Source of the DNA: a virus
IMG/VR virus record: IMGVR_UViG_3300010334_006426
Span: 41,141-105,140 of that record
Length of the DNA: 64,000 nucleotides
Direction: 5' to 3' (one strand)
The position numbers and the translations under genes were made by a program. The notes below the pieces were generated by a model, which was not told the DNA's origin, ran no database searches, and worked only from the letters and a program-made list of their open reading frames with translations. Positions 19,893 to 30,908 of the stretch are shown piece by piece (position 1 is the first letter of the stretch; the number at the start of each line of letters is the position of its first letter).

Positions 19893-20505
19893 GTAAATAC
19901 TTGGCCGTAGATTTTCCTGGATTAGGGAAATTAGGATTAACTTCTGGAGTGCGAGCATCTTTTGCAGGTGAGCTAGGTATTTGAACATTTACATTATTAA
20001 GTTTTCTATCACCTTCATTATCTTTATTATTACCTAAATCACTAGTCTGTGTTTGTCTAAAAGGGCGTAATGTTGCTTCAGCTGTTTTTTCTGCTTGCTC
20101 TAGCTTAGGGTCTATATTAACGTTACCTTCTCTTTTTAGACTATTAGGAACCGGGGCTAAATTAGGGTATGTATGTATAGGTTCTAAAAGATGTGCTGGT
20201 ACAGTAATAAATTCACGATATAAACCAGGCGCAACCTCTTGAACTATGTCAACTATGAACGATTCTGCTTCGTTTTGTATATCACCAGAGTGAATAGTGG
20301 GTCTAACTGTTTTTATGGCGCTAACACGAAGATTGAGACCGCTATCTTTGAAAGATTTGGCCTTTTGAACATAGTTTGGAGCTTGCTTCTTGAAGAAATC
20401 ATCACTAAATGCATTTTCTGTGAATTTAACTAAATCACCAGTTAGAAATCCACCTCTAGTAAACCTTTGAATAGAAGATTCATATAGCCTGACAAATTTG
20501 TTCAT
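19882..20505 (-). CDS. hypothetical late protein
   Basis: 207-aa ORF; TATAAATA (20512-20519) 6 nt before the ATG; N-terminus MNKFVRLYES. Confidence 0.6.
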   Translation of the reverse strand: MNKFVRLYESSIQRFTRGGFLTGDLVKFTENAFSDDFFKKQAPNYVQKAKSFKDSGLNLRVSAIKTVRPTIHSGDIQNEAESFIVDIVQEVAPGLYREFITVPAHLLEPIHTYPNLAPVPNSLKREGNVNIDPKLEQAEKTAEATLRPFRQTQTSDLGNNKDNEGDRKLNNVNVQIPSSPAKDARTPEVNPNFPNPGKSTAKYLPKR

Positions 20506-20574
20506 ACATATTATTTATAGCTTAAAACCGTTAAATAAATACTTTTGTAACAAATATTACACTATAAATATAGT

Positions 20575-21042
20575 ATGGCAGCTATTGTATTAAACTCGTT
20601 TTCGGCACCTGCTTCAGGCGCTTTATATAGAGACTTACTATTAGATCTTAAAATAAACTATACTAGAAACCTACAATTAGAAAAACATAGAGAAGTGAAG
20701 GATTTGCAAAGATCAGAAGATATAGGCGCAATTAAAAATAGCCTATTTAATTTATTTACTACTATACCTGGTCAAAAAATATTAAACCCTATTTATGGCT
20801 TAAATTTATTGCAATATTTATTTGTACCCGCGTCAACATCACAAGCTAGAATTATTGGGGAGGTAATCTTTACTGGTGTAAAAAGATTTGAACCTAGATT
20901 ATTAATTCGCAAGGTTAACGTTGAAGCTATCGAAGATCAGAATCAATATAACGTAGCAATGATAATGGATGTACCCTCTTTAAACGTTACAAATGTATCT
21001 TTAAATGGAACATTAAATGATTCGGGATTTTATTATAATTAA
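20575..21042 (+). CDS. gp25: baseplate wedge subunit (gp25-like)
   Basis: AIKNSLFNLFTTIPGQKILNPIYG..L..YLF...FEPR. Confidence 0.88.
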   Translation: MAAIVLNSFSAPASGALYRDLLLDLKINYTRNLQLEKHREVKDLQRSEDIGAIKNSLFNLFTTIPGQKILNPIYGLNLLQYLFVPASTSQARIIGEVIFTGVKRFEPRLLIRKVNVEAIEDQNQYNVAMIMDVPSLNVTNVSLNGTLNDSGFYYN

Positions 21043-21044
21043 AC

Positions 21045-22919
21045 ATGAATACAGATATTACAAATAATCCATTTAGTTTGCCTATTAACGCTTATGCAGC
21101 GTTCGATGCCTCTAGTTTAAAATCGTTAATGATACAGCGCTTGAGCCAGGGTAATGTATTTACAGATCAAATTTACGAGGGTAGTAATTTTAATAGTCTA
21201 CTCGACATTATAGCTTACAGTTATAATGTTCTGTTGTTTTATCTAAACAAAACTGCTAGTGAGAGTATCTTTAGCCAGGCACAGCTGTATGAGAACATGA
21301 ATAAAATTGTAAAGTTGCTTGGGTATAATCCAATAGGCGTACAAACCAGTATTTTGAGTTTCAATACAACCGCGCCATCCAGTCTACCTAGTGGAGTTTA
21401 TACTATTCCAAGATATTCTTACTTTACAATAAACGGTATACCGTATTCATTCACCGAAGATGCAACATTTATAAAAAATAGCGATGGTGATGAAGTCTTG
21501 CAAAACTTAAGTGATTCTAGCGTCTTGTATCAAGGATTAATGACACCATATCCAAGTTATATAGCTAACGGCGCGCCCTACGAAGAATTTATATTAGCCG
21601 CAGTTGGTGATGAGGGTAATGCAGATTTAATAGACCATAATAACATACATGTTTACGTTACAACTAAGAACGGAACGTATGAACAATGGAATAGGGTAAA
21701 TAGTCTTTACTTAGAATCATCTAACAGTAAGAGTTTTGAATGTCGTCTTAATGAAAATCAAAGATATGTTATAAAATTTGGTAATAATGTTAATGGAAAA
21801 CAAATACCACAAAATAGTTTAATAACTGTCTTTTATCTTAAGAGTAGCGGTTATGCAGGGCAAATAGGGCCAAACGTTTTGGACGGTAATAGATTATTTC
21901 TTTATAATCAGCCAACATACAACAAGATTTTTAACGATATTAAAACAAATACAACTTACCTAAATGATGCTCAAGCATCTTTATTATCATTTAGTAACTC
22001 ATCTCCTAGCACAGTCTTTAACGGGTATGAAAGTACTAAAGATATACGTAACAACGCGCCTAATTTATTTAAAACACAATATAGATTAGTTACTACAACT
22101 GATACGGAACTTTATATAAAAAATAATTTTAATAATGTTATTAATGATGTAGCTGTATTGAATAATTGGGAGTATCTAGCAGAGCATGTACGTTATCTAT
22201 ACAATTTAGGGCTAAGGTCCCCTAATAATGATAGCCGTGTATTGTTTAATCAAGTTACTTTTGCCGATAGTTGTGACTTTAATAATCTATATGTTTACGT
22301 GGTTCCTAAATTGCAAAATAATAATTTTAGTACAACTCTTAGAAATAATTTTCTCAATACTGGATTAAAAGATAAAATTATAAACACTATACAGAATTTA
22401 AAAATGGCTACAACAGAGATAGTCATGATGGACCCTGTCTACATTGCAGTATCGCTGGGGGTAGCTAGTATAGATGAAATAAACAACAAAGAACTTACTA
22501 CTTCTATAGGGGATGAAACAACTATACTTGTCGGTAGATCGCCTAATAGTAGATTTTCAGAAAATGAAATAAAATCTCAAATTAATAATATAATAACTAG
22601 TTATTTTAGTGTTGAAAACTGTAAGCTAGGGCAAACTATAGATTTACTATCTTTAACATCATCAATATTATCATTAGAAGGTGTAACTTCTTTAAGAACT
22701 CAAAGAGTTGTAAATGGACAGCAAATAGTGAAAAACGGATTAAGTTTTATGGTGTTTAATCCCGTATACAGCGACTCTAACGAAGATATAAATATTATAA
22801 ATCAAAACCTTACTCTACAAAGATTTAAAATTCCATATTTGTACAAATCGGAGACAATATTTTCTAAAATTTTTGTAGTAACACCTGATACTCAGGAAAT
22901 AAGCCTAAGGGAGTATTGA
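21045..22919 (+). CDS. gp6: baseplate wedge subunit (gp6-like)
   Basis: FD..SLK, FTDQIYEGSN..LLDIIAY, KLLGYNP, IKFGNNVNGK, QYRLVT..D. Confidence 0.88.
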   Translation: MNTDITNNPFSLPINAYAAFDASSLKSLMIQRLSQGNVFTDQIYEGSNFNSLLDIIAYSYNVLLFYLNKTASESIFSQAQLYENMNKIVKLLGYNPIGVQTSILSFNTTAPSSLPSGVYTIPRYSYFTINGIPYSFTEDATFIKNSDGDEVLQNLSDSSVLYQGLMTPYPSYIANGAPYEEFILAAVGDEGNADLIDHNNIHVYVTTKNGTYEQWNRVNSLYLESSNSKSFECRLNENQRYVIKFGNNVNGKQIPQNSLITVFYLKSSGYAGQIGPNVLDGNRLFLYNQPTYNKIFNDIKTNTTYLNDAQASLLSFSNSSPSTVFNGYESTKDIRNNAPNLFKTQYRLVTTTDTELYIKNNFNNVINDVAVLNNWEYLAEHVRYLYNLGLRSPNNDSRVLFNQVTFADSCDFNNLYVYVVPKLQNNNFSTTLRNNFLNTGLKDKIINTIQNLKMATTEIVMMDPVYIAVSLGVASIDEINNKELTTSIGDETTILVGRSPNSRFSENEIKSQINNIITSYFSVENCKLGQTIDLLSLTSSILSLEGVTSLRTQRVVNGQQIVKNGLSFMVFNPVYSDSNEDINIINQNLTLQRFKIPYLYKSETIFSKIFVVTPDTQEISLREY

Positions 22920-22920
22920 T

Positions 22921-25900
22921 ATGCCCGGGCCTAGTGTCAGTATACTAGCTACGGTACTGGATAATAGCAATAGACCCGTTAGTAAAGGTTATACGTTATC
23001 AAACACTCCTTTCTATTTTAAGCCAATATGGGATGGGGAATCTATTAATTACAGTCAATATGAAATTATTTGGGATTTTGGAGACGGTACTACATTTTTA
23101 GGGCTAAGTGCAACCCATGTATACAAATTACCAGGAATTTACCCTGTAACAGCTACATTTTTTAATAGAACAGGTCAGGCCTTTAAAATCACCAGTACCA
23201 CCAGTTTAAGTGTTTACAACGTAATGCCTGATACTTTAATTTTTGATAGATTAACACCAACTTACAGAGAAGGTTTATATCTATTACCTGCAGGTAAAAA
23301 GAGCGAACCGCTAAAAATTTACAGATACAATAGCTGGCAAAATGATAAATTTCTATCAAAAACCAACTATACAATAAATCTTTATGCATCAGGATCTAAC
23401 AGTACATATTATTCACCAGAAGAATATTACAAAGGACGTTACTCACATTTAAGAAATTTCTTCGGCTTTATAGAAACTGAAGTTAATAATGATACATCAC
23501 AGAACAAAATTATAAATAAAACAACAACATCATCTGTTAGTGTTTACGCCATACCCAATTTTGATGAATATGGTGAAATTACTTTTGACTTTACAACAAC
23601 ACCTAATCAAAAAACAGCATTCGCCGGTACTTCAGGTAGTACGACCACAGACACAAAATACATAAGCTATATAGATCAAACACCTTCCAGCGATAAGAAA
23701 AATACCTTAATATATTTGTTTGCACATATAGATTCTACCGGTTTTGAAGACTCTTTTACCTTTAAAAACAATCTCTATACATACTTAAGTTTACCAGCTT
23801 ACAGTATTAATAATACAGCATGGCAGACTCAATACCTTAAATCTGTTTTTAATCCAGCAGAAAAAATTTCTATTACAAGCAACGGTATTACGGTAGAAGG
23901 CGATGTAGATTACATAGGCAGTCTATCAGCACAACAAGTAAACTATTTTAATATCTACCCTATTAAATGGGCTGATTCAAAAATTTCTTTTTGCTGTACT
24001 TTCAAAGATTCCTCTAATTTTACAACCAAAAATTATCCTAACATTACAAAATTTAGATTTGACGGCAAGCATCCCACCGAGGTTAATACTGTTAGCTTAA
24101 GCTTAGTAAGCTACAAAGATCAAACTTATAATACTACTAGACTATTTACTAAAGATACGGTGCAAAAAGACTATGAGAGAGTAGAAGATGCTATTTTTGA
24201 AAAAAATGACACAGTACCAGTATTTAAAAATAGTAGCTATTTTTGCGGTATGTTAAGGACTAGGACTTCCGTAAATGCAGCTGTTATTAGTGCATGCGCT
24301 TTAATACAAGATGAGCCTGTTGCAAATTTAGGTATTACCTATGGTTATGTTGGTCAACCTGGCCTAAAAAATATAAAGAAATTTAATAAAAAAATTATAA
24401 TGGATCACTGTGGTTCTGAAAACTTGCAGTTTAAAGTGCTTACGGATGAAGTTTATACTATTAACACTATTCAAGATTCTAGTGTAGGTATTTCAGTTCT
24501 TCCTCTTGGTAGCTTTAATTTAGGAGAAAATAGAATATATGTAACAGATTCTGACAATGATATGATGAAAGTTTATACACCTGAAGGATATAGTGTGGGT
24601 AATATTAATTTTAGAAATGCTTTAATTTATACAGGTTCCAATACAGTACCTATTTCAGCAAACTTGCTCGGTGATTTAGACGGTGCGACCCCAGCTAGTA
24701 TAGCTTTAAATAGCAAAGGAGATGCTTGGGTTTCTCTATATGATGCAGTTTCATGTTTTAAGTTTGATTACTCAACTTTAACTATAACCGCTTGCGCGGT
24801 ACCCCCTCTAAACAACACTTATTATGATACATCATCTTATTTTTCAACTAGCGGATTTTCCGGTGAAAACTCACTTCTTCCAGCATGTTTAGACGTTGAT
24901 AGTAGTGACAACCTTATTGTGGGTTATAGTCATCCTATTAGTGGGTTTATCATAAAATACAATAATGATGGTATTGCTAAAAAAGTAATAGCACTACCTC
25001 AATTTACTACAGTTCAGGAAATAATAGCTGATAAATTTGATAATGTGTATGCTGTAGTTAAGGATATGAGACGTGACAAACCTAATCCACATTATGTGGA
25101 TGATTTTGTATATAAATGGGATCAAGATTTAAATTTAATAAAAAATTTTCCTGTCCCTATTAAAAATATTGGAAGTGCAACTATAGATTTAAACCAAAAT
25201 CTATACGTTAACAACGGCGCATCTAAGTTTACTAGAATCACCCCTACAGGTGATTTGACTGAGATTATCTTACCGGTAAACCCGGAAACGTTTATGCAAT
25301 ATATTGGCGGTATTGCTTGTGATGAGGAAGGATTTCTATGGATTGTTCACAATCAAACAGGCAAAATGTATTTTTATCCTATCGATACATTAATACAGTT
25401 ACCGTTGTCGGGTGTATTTTGTGGCGACTTGCCCGATATTCAGCTTATAACACCTAACGGTAGCCCTGCACATTATTCCGCTGTAGGTGACTGGACAGGG
25501 GTAAGATGGATAAACAAATTCTTAAAGAAAAATACCCCAGCTCCTAGATATATTTACGGAACAAGTAATTTATTTACTATCAAAGAAGACAAGCCTGTTA
25601 TTTCAAAGATTAATGAGGATTATGACCAGGCAGCCACTTTTAAAGGATATGTTTTGCAAGAATCACTTTTAAATAAATCTCAATTTTTTGATAATTTTCT
25701 CGGTCAAATTGTCGGTGATAGCGATAGTCTACCTACCGAGCTTGGCAAAACAATTTTTGAAAAAATTGCTAATTTTACATCTAACGTTAGTGATGTAGAT
25801 AGGTGTGAGTTGGATTCGTTATTGAGTATGCACAGTCAAATGGGCAAAGACCTCCCTGTATTTGGGGCTACCTATCCGCCTAAGCTAAGAAGAGTCATGA

Positions 25901-26418
25901 ATTTACTAAGTCAAAAACAAAGTAAGCTGTTCGGTTCGCCTAATACATATAGATATGATTTTAATAACAGAGTTGACGGTAATAGTAGAAATTTAGGTGA
26001 AGAAATTGATATTATATCTGGCTATTTTATAGCTGGCGAACCTATAGTTACTTTTGAAAATTTTAGCCAAACATTTAAGCTAGTTTACAACACACTAGTA
26101 CCTGAAACTAACGGAATAGTTAGCGTAGAAGGTAGTTTATATCCATTATCCGGTATAAACTACAACTGGGGGTGGGGACTAGTTCTACCAGACGATAGTA
26201 TTCACGGACCAGAGATTGCACAATTTTATAAGTTCTATAAATACATACCATACATGCCTTTAAACGCTATAGACAGTTCGATAGACTTTAATAATATTCA
26301 AACTACTTATACCAATACTCAAAGCTCTTATAATGATTGGACAAAGTATGGAGGGATAATGGATCAAGCAATTTCAAGAGCATTATATGAAGGGTTAAAT
26401 TTATATGATAATTTCTAG
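22921..26418 (+). CDS. large baseplate/structural protein with N-terminal PKD domain and NHL-like beta-propeller
   Basis: WDFGDG...HVYKLPGIYPV (PKD); repeated IYVTD/IALNSKGDAWV/LDVDSSDNLIV/IACDEEGFLWI blades; gp7 position after gp6. Confidence 0.7.
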   Translation: MPGPSVSILATVLDNSNRPVSKGYTLSNTPFYFKPIWDGESINYSQYEIIWDFGDGTTFLGLSATHVYKLPGIYPVTATFFNRTGQAFKITSTTSLSVYNVMPDTLIFDRLTPTYREGLYLLPAGKKSEPLKIYRYNSWQNDKFLSKTNYTINLYASGSNSTYYSPEEYYKGRYSHLRNFFGFIETEVNNDTSQNKIINKTTTSSVSVYAIPNFDEYGEITFDFTTTPNQKTAFAGTSGSTTTDTKYISYIDQTPSSDKKNTLIYLFAHIDSTGFEDSFTFKNNLYTYLSLPAYSINNTAWQTQYLKSVFNPAEKISITSNGITVEGDVDYIGSLSAQQVNYFNIYPIKWADSKISFCCTFKDSSNFTTKNYPNITKFRFDGKHPTEVNTVSLSLVSYKDQTYNTTRLFTKDTVQKDYERVEDAIFEKNDTVPVFKNSSYFCGMLRTRTSVNAAVISACALIQDEPVANLGITYGYVGQPGLKNIKKFNKKIIMDHCGSENLQFKVLTDEVYTINTIQDSSVGISVLPLGSFNLGENRIYVTDSDNDMMKVYTPEGYSVGNINFRNALIYTGSNTVPISANLLGDLDGATPASIALNSKGDAWVSLYDAVSCFKFDYSTLTITACAVPPLNNTYYDTSSYFSTSGFSGENSLLPACLDVDSSDNLIVGYSHPISGFIIKYNNDGIAKKVIALPQFTTVQEIIADKFDNVYAVVKDMRRDKPNPHYVDDFVYKWDQDLNLIKNFPVPIKNIGSATIDLNQNLYVNNGASKFTRITPTGDLTEIILPVNPETFMQYIGGIACDEEGFLWIVHNQTGKMYFYPIDTLIQLPLSGVFCGDLPDIQLITPNGSPAHYSAVGDWTGVRWINKFLKKNTPAPRYIYGTSNLFTIKEDKPVISKINEDYDQAATFKGYVLQESLLNKSQFFDNFLGQIVGDSDSLPTELGKTIFEKIANFTSNVSDVDRCELDSLLSMHSQMGKDLPVFGATYPPKLRRVMNLLSQKQSKLFGSPNTYRYDFNNRVDGNSRNLGEEIDIISGYFIAGEPIVTFENFSQTFKLVYNTLVPETNGIVSVEGSLYPLSGINYNWGWGLVLPDDSIHGPEIAQFYKFYKYIPYMPLNAIDSSIDFNNIQTTYTNTQSSYNDWTKYGGIMDQAISRALYEGLNLYDNF

Positions 26419-29400
26419 TATACTTAATAACGATTACAATGCTTTTGACAATAAAGACCCATATACGTTTTTAGAATGGTTTAAGCAAAATGATTCTGTC
26501 GATCCTGATGTAAATGTTCAATTTCTTGAATATAAAAAATATATTTTAAATTGGACAGAAAAGAAAAAATTAACAAAAATAGAGACAAAAAGCGTTATCC
26601 AGGCTAGTTACGTACAGGTTTTAAGGGAAATAGCGGTCTCTTACAGCACAGAGGAGGAAAAACGTTTTGTAACTAATGCCGATTTAAACAATCCAAGCGA
26701 TGTAGAAATAGTACTACCATTCTTTATTTACAAATTAAAGCAAATATGCCTTTACTATGCTATAGCAAGAGAAGAATTAAAAAGTAGTTTTATTGAATAT
26801 GGTTCAAGAGGTACTAGCTTTGGGGTAGAGAAAATAGTAAAAGATTTAATATTTTCTACTGCAAGGCTTGATATATCGTTTGATAATTTACCTTGCTTTT
26901 TTCCTCCTCTTTCTTCTATCGCACAAGATTTATATGTAACTGTAGAAGAAATATACGATACTACAGACAATTATTTTAATGTATCGCCTGATAATATTAG
27001 TAAAGACAGGTATAGTACAGTGCAAAATCTTTCCTCTATAAATTTAATTTTTCCGAATTTATATGTTGAATTTAAGCAAGCAGTAGTAGACGCAATCCAT
27101 CAATACCCTATTTATATAGATTCATTAAAAAACACTTTTGCAATTAACCCGCCTCTATCTGGCATCGAATTAAATTATTTAAAGAATAGAGATTTTGTAG
27201 ACTATCTTCAGTCAAATTCCACTGATACTTTAAAGTTAAATCTCTTGCGTAAATTAGCGCCAAAGTATCTAGCAAATGATTTTTATTATCTTAGTACAGG
27301 TAGTACTACTACTAATTTTGTATCCGGTTTGTTATTCTCAGTGTCGCCGCTCACAGGTGCACCTACTCTTAATTTGTTAAATAGAAATAATCCCAGTGTA
27401 GCCACGGTACCAAATACTAATGAATTATATACAGAATTAGAACTAGGTAGGTTCTTTTTACCACATCATCAAGGCGTACTGATTCACAATACACCACAAA
27501 AGACATTTAGCATTAACACGGGTGAATTACTTCCTAATACCCTTTATGCATTTCCGGATCCCAACGTTGTTGGAAGTGTATCGTATAACAGTAATATTGA
27601 TAATAATTTTCCTTTAATTTATAAAATAGATGTCTCTTGGAATAAAGTAAGTCGTAGTAATCAGTTTAAATTTGGCGATGTATTCGCAATACCTTATAAC
27701 AGCCTGTATTATGGTTATCAAAGTCGAGAGCAAGATTTAAATCTAGGGACTTCGGGTATTAGTAGAGTTCAGGATAATGTTGATTTTTGGGGTGGATTAA
27801 AAAAGAATGAATGGCTTAATGCTGATATATGGCCTGGTATAGATGTAGCAGATATTTACCCTAACCAAGATAGGCAAGAATCTTTACTGGTTAATAAAGG
27901 TACACCGGTTTATTGGGGAAGCGATATATTTAATAATGATTTTTGTCTTATTAAAGAAATTAGTCCTTTAAAAAACATTACAAATACAACCAGTCTTACT
28001 AGCCAGGGTATTATACCTGGTCAAAATACTAAAGTTACGGTTAATTCTAAACTATTAGAAGAACAATCAATTTACAATAAGAAAAATGTTCTACCTGGAG
28101 ATTTATATTTTAGAGATAATATTGTTGGTAAGACATACACCGGGTTAATGGCGTTAAGCAGCGTACTTTTGAGATATCCTAAAAAAATATATGAAAGTAT
28201 TCAATCTAAAATAGTTTATTTTGCTATCTACGGTAATACTTTTGTTTTAGAAACGGATGATATAGTTGTAGTTGATAGCTATAATTATGACTATGACAAT
28301 AATCGTATAACACCAACGACACCGCAGGGTTTATTTTTTGATAAATTTTTAACCTATAAAAATATTGAACGTTTTGCCGGGGAATGGTATTCTGAAAGAG
28401 ATGATAAACTATATCTATGCTTTTTAGTAGTAAATCCTCTTCACGGTAAATCTAGCTATAAGTCCATATACCCTAAGATATACGATATTAATCTTAGTCC
28501 TCTAGTTTCTAAGCTAATTTATCCTGATCCAGAAAAAGATATATTTTTAACGTATTCACTATCGGCTAACTCTGAAATACCATCACAAATTGATTTAAAA
28601 TTACTTGATGGTATAAGTGTAGAGTTTTTAAACAAAACTAACATATTTAACATTTCGTATCTAGGTAAGAATCTCAATAGTCTGCCATTTGTAGTAAATG
28701 AGCAAATTTATAAAAACGAGCCTTATTTTTATACTTATCAGCCCCAAATATTTCAACCATTTTATTATACTGTAGATACTAATTATTTCACTTCAAGCCT
28801 ACCTTATTTTACAAAATATATAGGATCAACGACTGGGATAGTAGGGTCTCATAATTTTATTCAAGGCCAACTCAATACCTCGCAATATAGTGCGACCGGT
28901 GTTAACTATATGTATTGCGATGGTGCACTACCTGTGCAACTAAACCTTTTAGGAACTTATATAGTTCAATTTGATTGGCAGGTTTATAGCGAAGTTACCG
29001 TGTTTATAGGATGCTCAGGTTATATAATTAGAAATACTGATTCTAATTTACTATGGAATGCCGATACCGCGACTGCAAAATATCTATTTAAACAAGACAC
29101 AGTAGGTACTATAGTTGAAAAACTGTCTACTAACGGTGTTAATACTAATATATTAAATGTAGGTCTTGAGATAACCAGGCTAACCGATGACCCCTCATTA
29201 GTAAAGTTTGTTCTTAAAAGTAATACATTGCCAGCAGAATCACAAATATGTAATACTCCTTTAGATATTTTTAGAAATCTTAATATAACACTCCTAGGCG
29301 AAGGTAGCGGCCGTATTATTACTGATCCATTTTGTATTGATTGCTCATCTAGCTGTTCAGAGCTATATCCATTAAACAGTACAGTTACTGTAATTGCTAG

Positions 29401-30901
29401 CGCTGACGACTATAGTCAGTTTGAAAATTGGATAGGAGACCCTTGTGATCTATTTAAAACTGATTGTATATTCACTGTTACAACAGCCGTAAATTTAACA
29501 GCTTATTTTAGTAAGCTTCCTATATTTGATATTATTGTGACAACTCCAGCAGGTAAAGTATATTCTCAAGATTTAAAACTTTATGCAGACGCTGGTAATG
29601 GTTCAAACGGACCAGTTACTACTAGAAACCCTTATCTTATTAATAGCTTAGTAACCCTTTCCGCATTAACACCAGTTTCTGGTTGGGCTATGTATGGTTG
29701 GGAGGGAGGCCGATGCACCGGTATTGGAGGCGATAGATGTACATTCTTTGTCAATGATAATATGAATATTAAAGCGAGATATATCAGATACTATGAATAT
29801 CCGCTTAAAATTTATGCATCTTCTTACATACGTACACAATCTGCTGCTAATGATACAATTATAATAGGTGCCGATTATGTTAATGATGGGGTACATACAA
29901 GAAATAAATTTGATATTAAGTACACTTGCAATAGCACTTGTACTTTTGTTTTTACAGGAACAAATACTTCTAGATACGGAAATACGTTTGTTACTTTATC
30001 AGCAGCGCCATCTCCCGGGAGAAAGTTAAAATATTGGACAGGTGATTCCTCTTGTGATAGTACTGAATATGTATCGCCAATAACAGATATCATTACAACT
30101 ATTCCTGTACCGGCAGTAAACATAGGAAACTACTGTACCTTAGAAATGGATAAGCCTAGATCTGTTACAGGTGTTTTTGATATTGGGTATTATACATTAA
30201 CGTTAATTATTTCTGGAGACGGATTAGGTGATATATTCACATCGCTACCTGACCCGTACTTCAGAGATAGTGTTTTAGGAGGAGATATTATAAAGTACTC
30301 TGTTTTAAGCGGTACATCTCTAACTGTAAGGTGCTCAGCATTGAGAGGTAGTACGTTCCTAAATCTTTCAAGTAGATACTGCACGCCTATTGATTCTGTA
30401 AGCACGTGCAGGGTAACTATGGATAATGACGTCACGGTAATCTCAACAATTACAGCTACAAGCTTCTATACACTTAAGATTGTCAACCCATTTACTTGCG
30501 GTGTTCAGATTACAGCATATCCAAACGGCAGATATAATCAACAAGTATGTTGCCCGCCGAATAATTTAACTGAAAAATGCGAGGCGCTGTATCCATCCTA
30601 CAGATTAATTAATGTAGAGGCTATCAACACTAGCGATAGCTGTGGCGTTGCTTATTTCTTAACAGATCAAGATATAGTTGATAATGGTGGATTAAAGGTT
30701 CAATATCAAAAGGGAGCAGGTTTATACATGTCTGTAATGAATAAGCCTGTAGGATTTGGTGAGGTATTTTCATTAATTGATGGTAGTATTAAGTTAACAC
30801 CTGGAGGTACGCCTTACAAAGCTGGTCCCGGCATTGTTATTGAGCCTAAAGCCTTTGTATCTATGACAGATAACGTGACAATAACCGCAATGCCCTTTTA
30901 A
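26405..30901 (+). CDS. large virion protein with C-terminal Cys-rich InlB-B/bacterial-repeat-like domains
   Basis: 1498 aa. Several GxG.I...C...Y...VTL.A......F..W.G..C....C...... A.F repeats. Confidence 0.65.
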   Translation: MIISSILNNDYNAFDNKDPYTFLEWFKQNDSVDPDVNVQFLEYKKYILNWTEKKKLTKIETKSVIQASYVQVLREIAVSYSTEEEKRFVTNADLNNPSDVEIVLPFFIYKLKQICLYYAIAREELKSSFIEYGSRGTSFGVEKIVKDLIFSTARLDISFDNLPCFFPPLSSIAQDLYVTVEEIYDTTDNYFNVSPDNISKDRYSTVQNLSSINLIFPNLYVEFKQAVVDAIHQYPIYIDSLKNTFAINPPLSGIELNYLKNRDFVDYLQSNSTDTLKLNLLRKLAPKYLANDFYYLSTGSTTTNFVSGLLFSVSPLTGAPTLNLLNRNNPSVATVPNTNELYTELELGRFFLPHHQGVLIHNTPQKTFSINTGELLPNTLYAFPDPNVVGSVSYNSNIDNNFPLIYKIDVSWNKVSRSNQFKFGDVFAIPYNSLYYGYQSREQDLNLGTSGISRVQDNVDFWGGLKKNEWLNADIWPGIDVADIYPNQDRQESLLVNKGTPVYWGSDIFNNDFCLIKEISPLKNITNTTSLTSQGIIPGQNTKVTVNSKLLEEQSIYNKKNVLPGDLYFRDNIVGKTYTGLMALSSVLLRYPKKIYESIQSKIVYFAIYGNTFVLETDDIVVVDSYNYDYDNNRITPTTPQGLFFDKFLTYKNIERFAGEWYSERDDKLYLCFLVVNPLHGKSSYKSIYPKIYDINLSPLVSKLIYPDPEKDIFLTYSLSANSEIPSQIDLKLLDGISVEFLNKTNIFNISYLGKNLNSLPFVVNEQIYKNEPYFYTYQPQIFQPFYYTVDTNYFTSSLPYFTKYIGSTTGIVGSHNFIQGQLNTSQYSATGVNYMYCDGALPVQLNLLGTYIVQFDWQVYSEVTVFIGCSGYIIRNTDSNLLWNADTATAKYLFKQDTVGTIVEKLSTNGVNTNILNVGLEITRLTDDPSLVKFVLKSNTLPAESQICNTPLDIFRNLNITLLGEGSGRIITDPFCIDCSSSCSELYPLNSTVTVIASADDYSQFENWIGDPCDLFKTDCIFTVTTAVNLTAYFSKLPIFDIIVTTPAGKVYSQDLKLYADAGNGSNGPVTTRNPYLINSLVTLSALTPVSGWAMYGWEGGRCTGIGGDRCTFFVNDNMNIKARYIRYYEYPLKIYASSYIRTQSAANDTIIIGADYVNDGVHTRNKFDIKYTCNSTCTFVFTGTNTSRYGNTFVTLSAAPSPGRKLKYWTGDSSCDSTEYVSPITDIITTIPVPAVNIGNYCTLEMDKPRSVTGVFDIGYYTLTLIISGDGLGDIFTSLPDPYFRDSVLGGDIIKYSVLSGTSLTVRCSALRGSTFLNLSSRYCTPIDSVSTCRVTMDNDVTVISTITATSFYTLKIVNPFTCGVQITAYPNGRYNQQVCCPPNNLTEKCEALYPSYRLINVEAINTSDSCGVAYFLTDQDIVDNGGLKVQYQKGAGLYMSVMNKPVGFGEVFSLIDGSIKLTPGGTPYKAGPGIVIEPKAFVSMTDNVTITAMPF

Positions 30902-30908
30902 ATAATAT

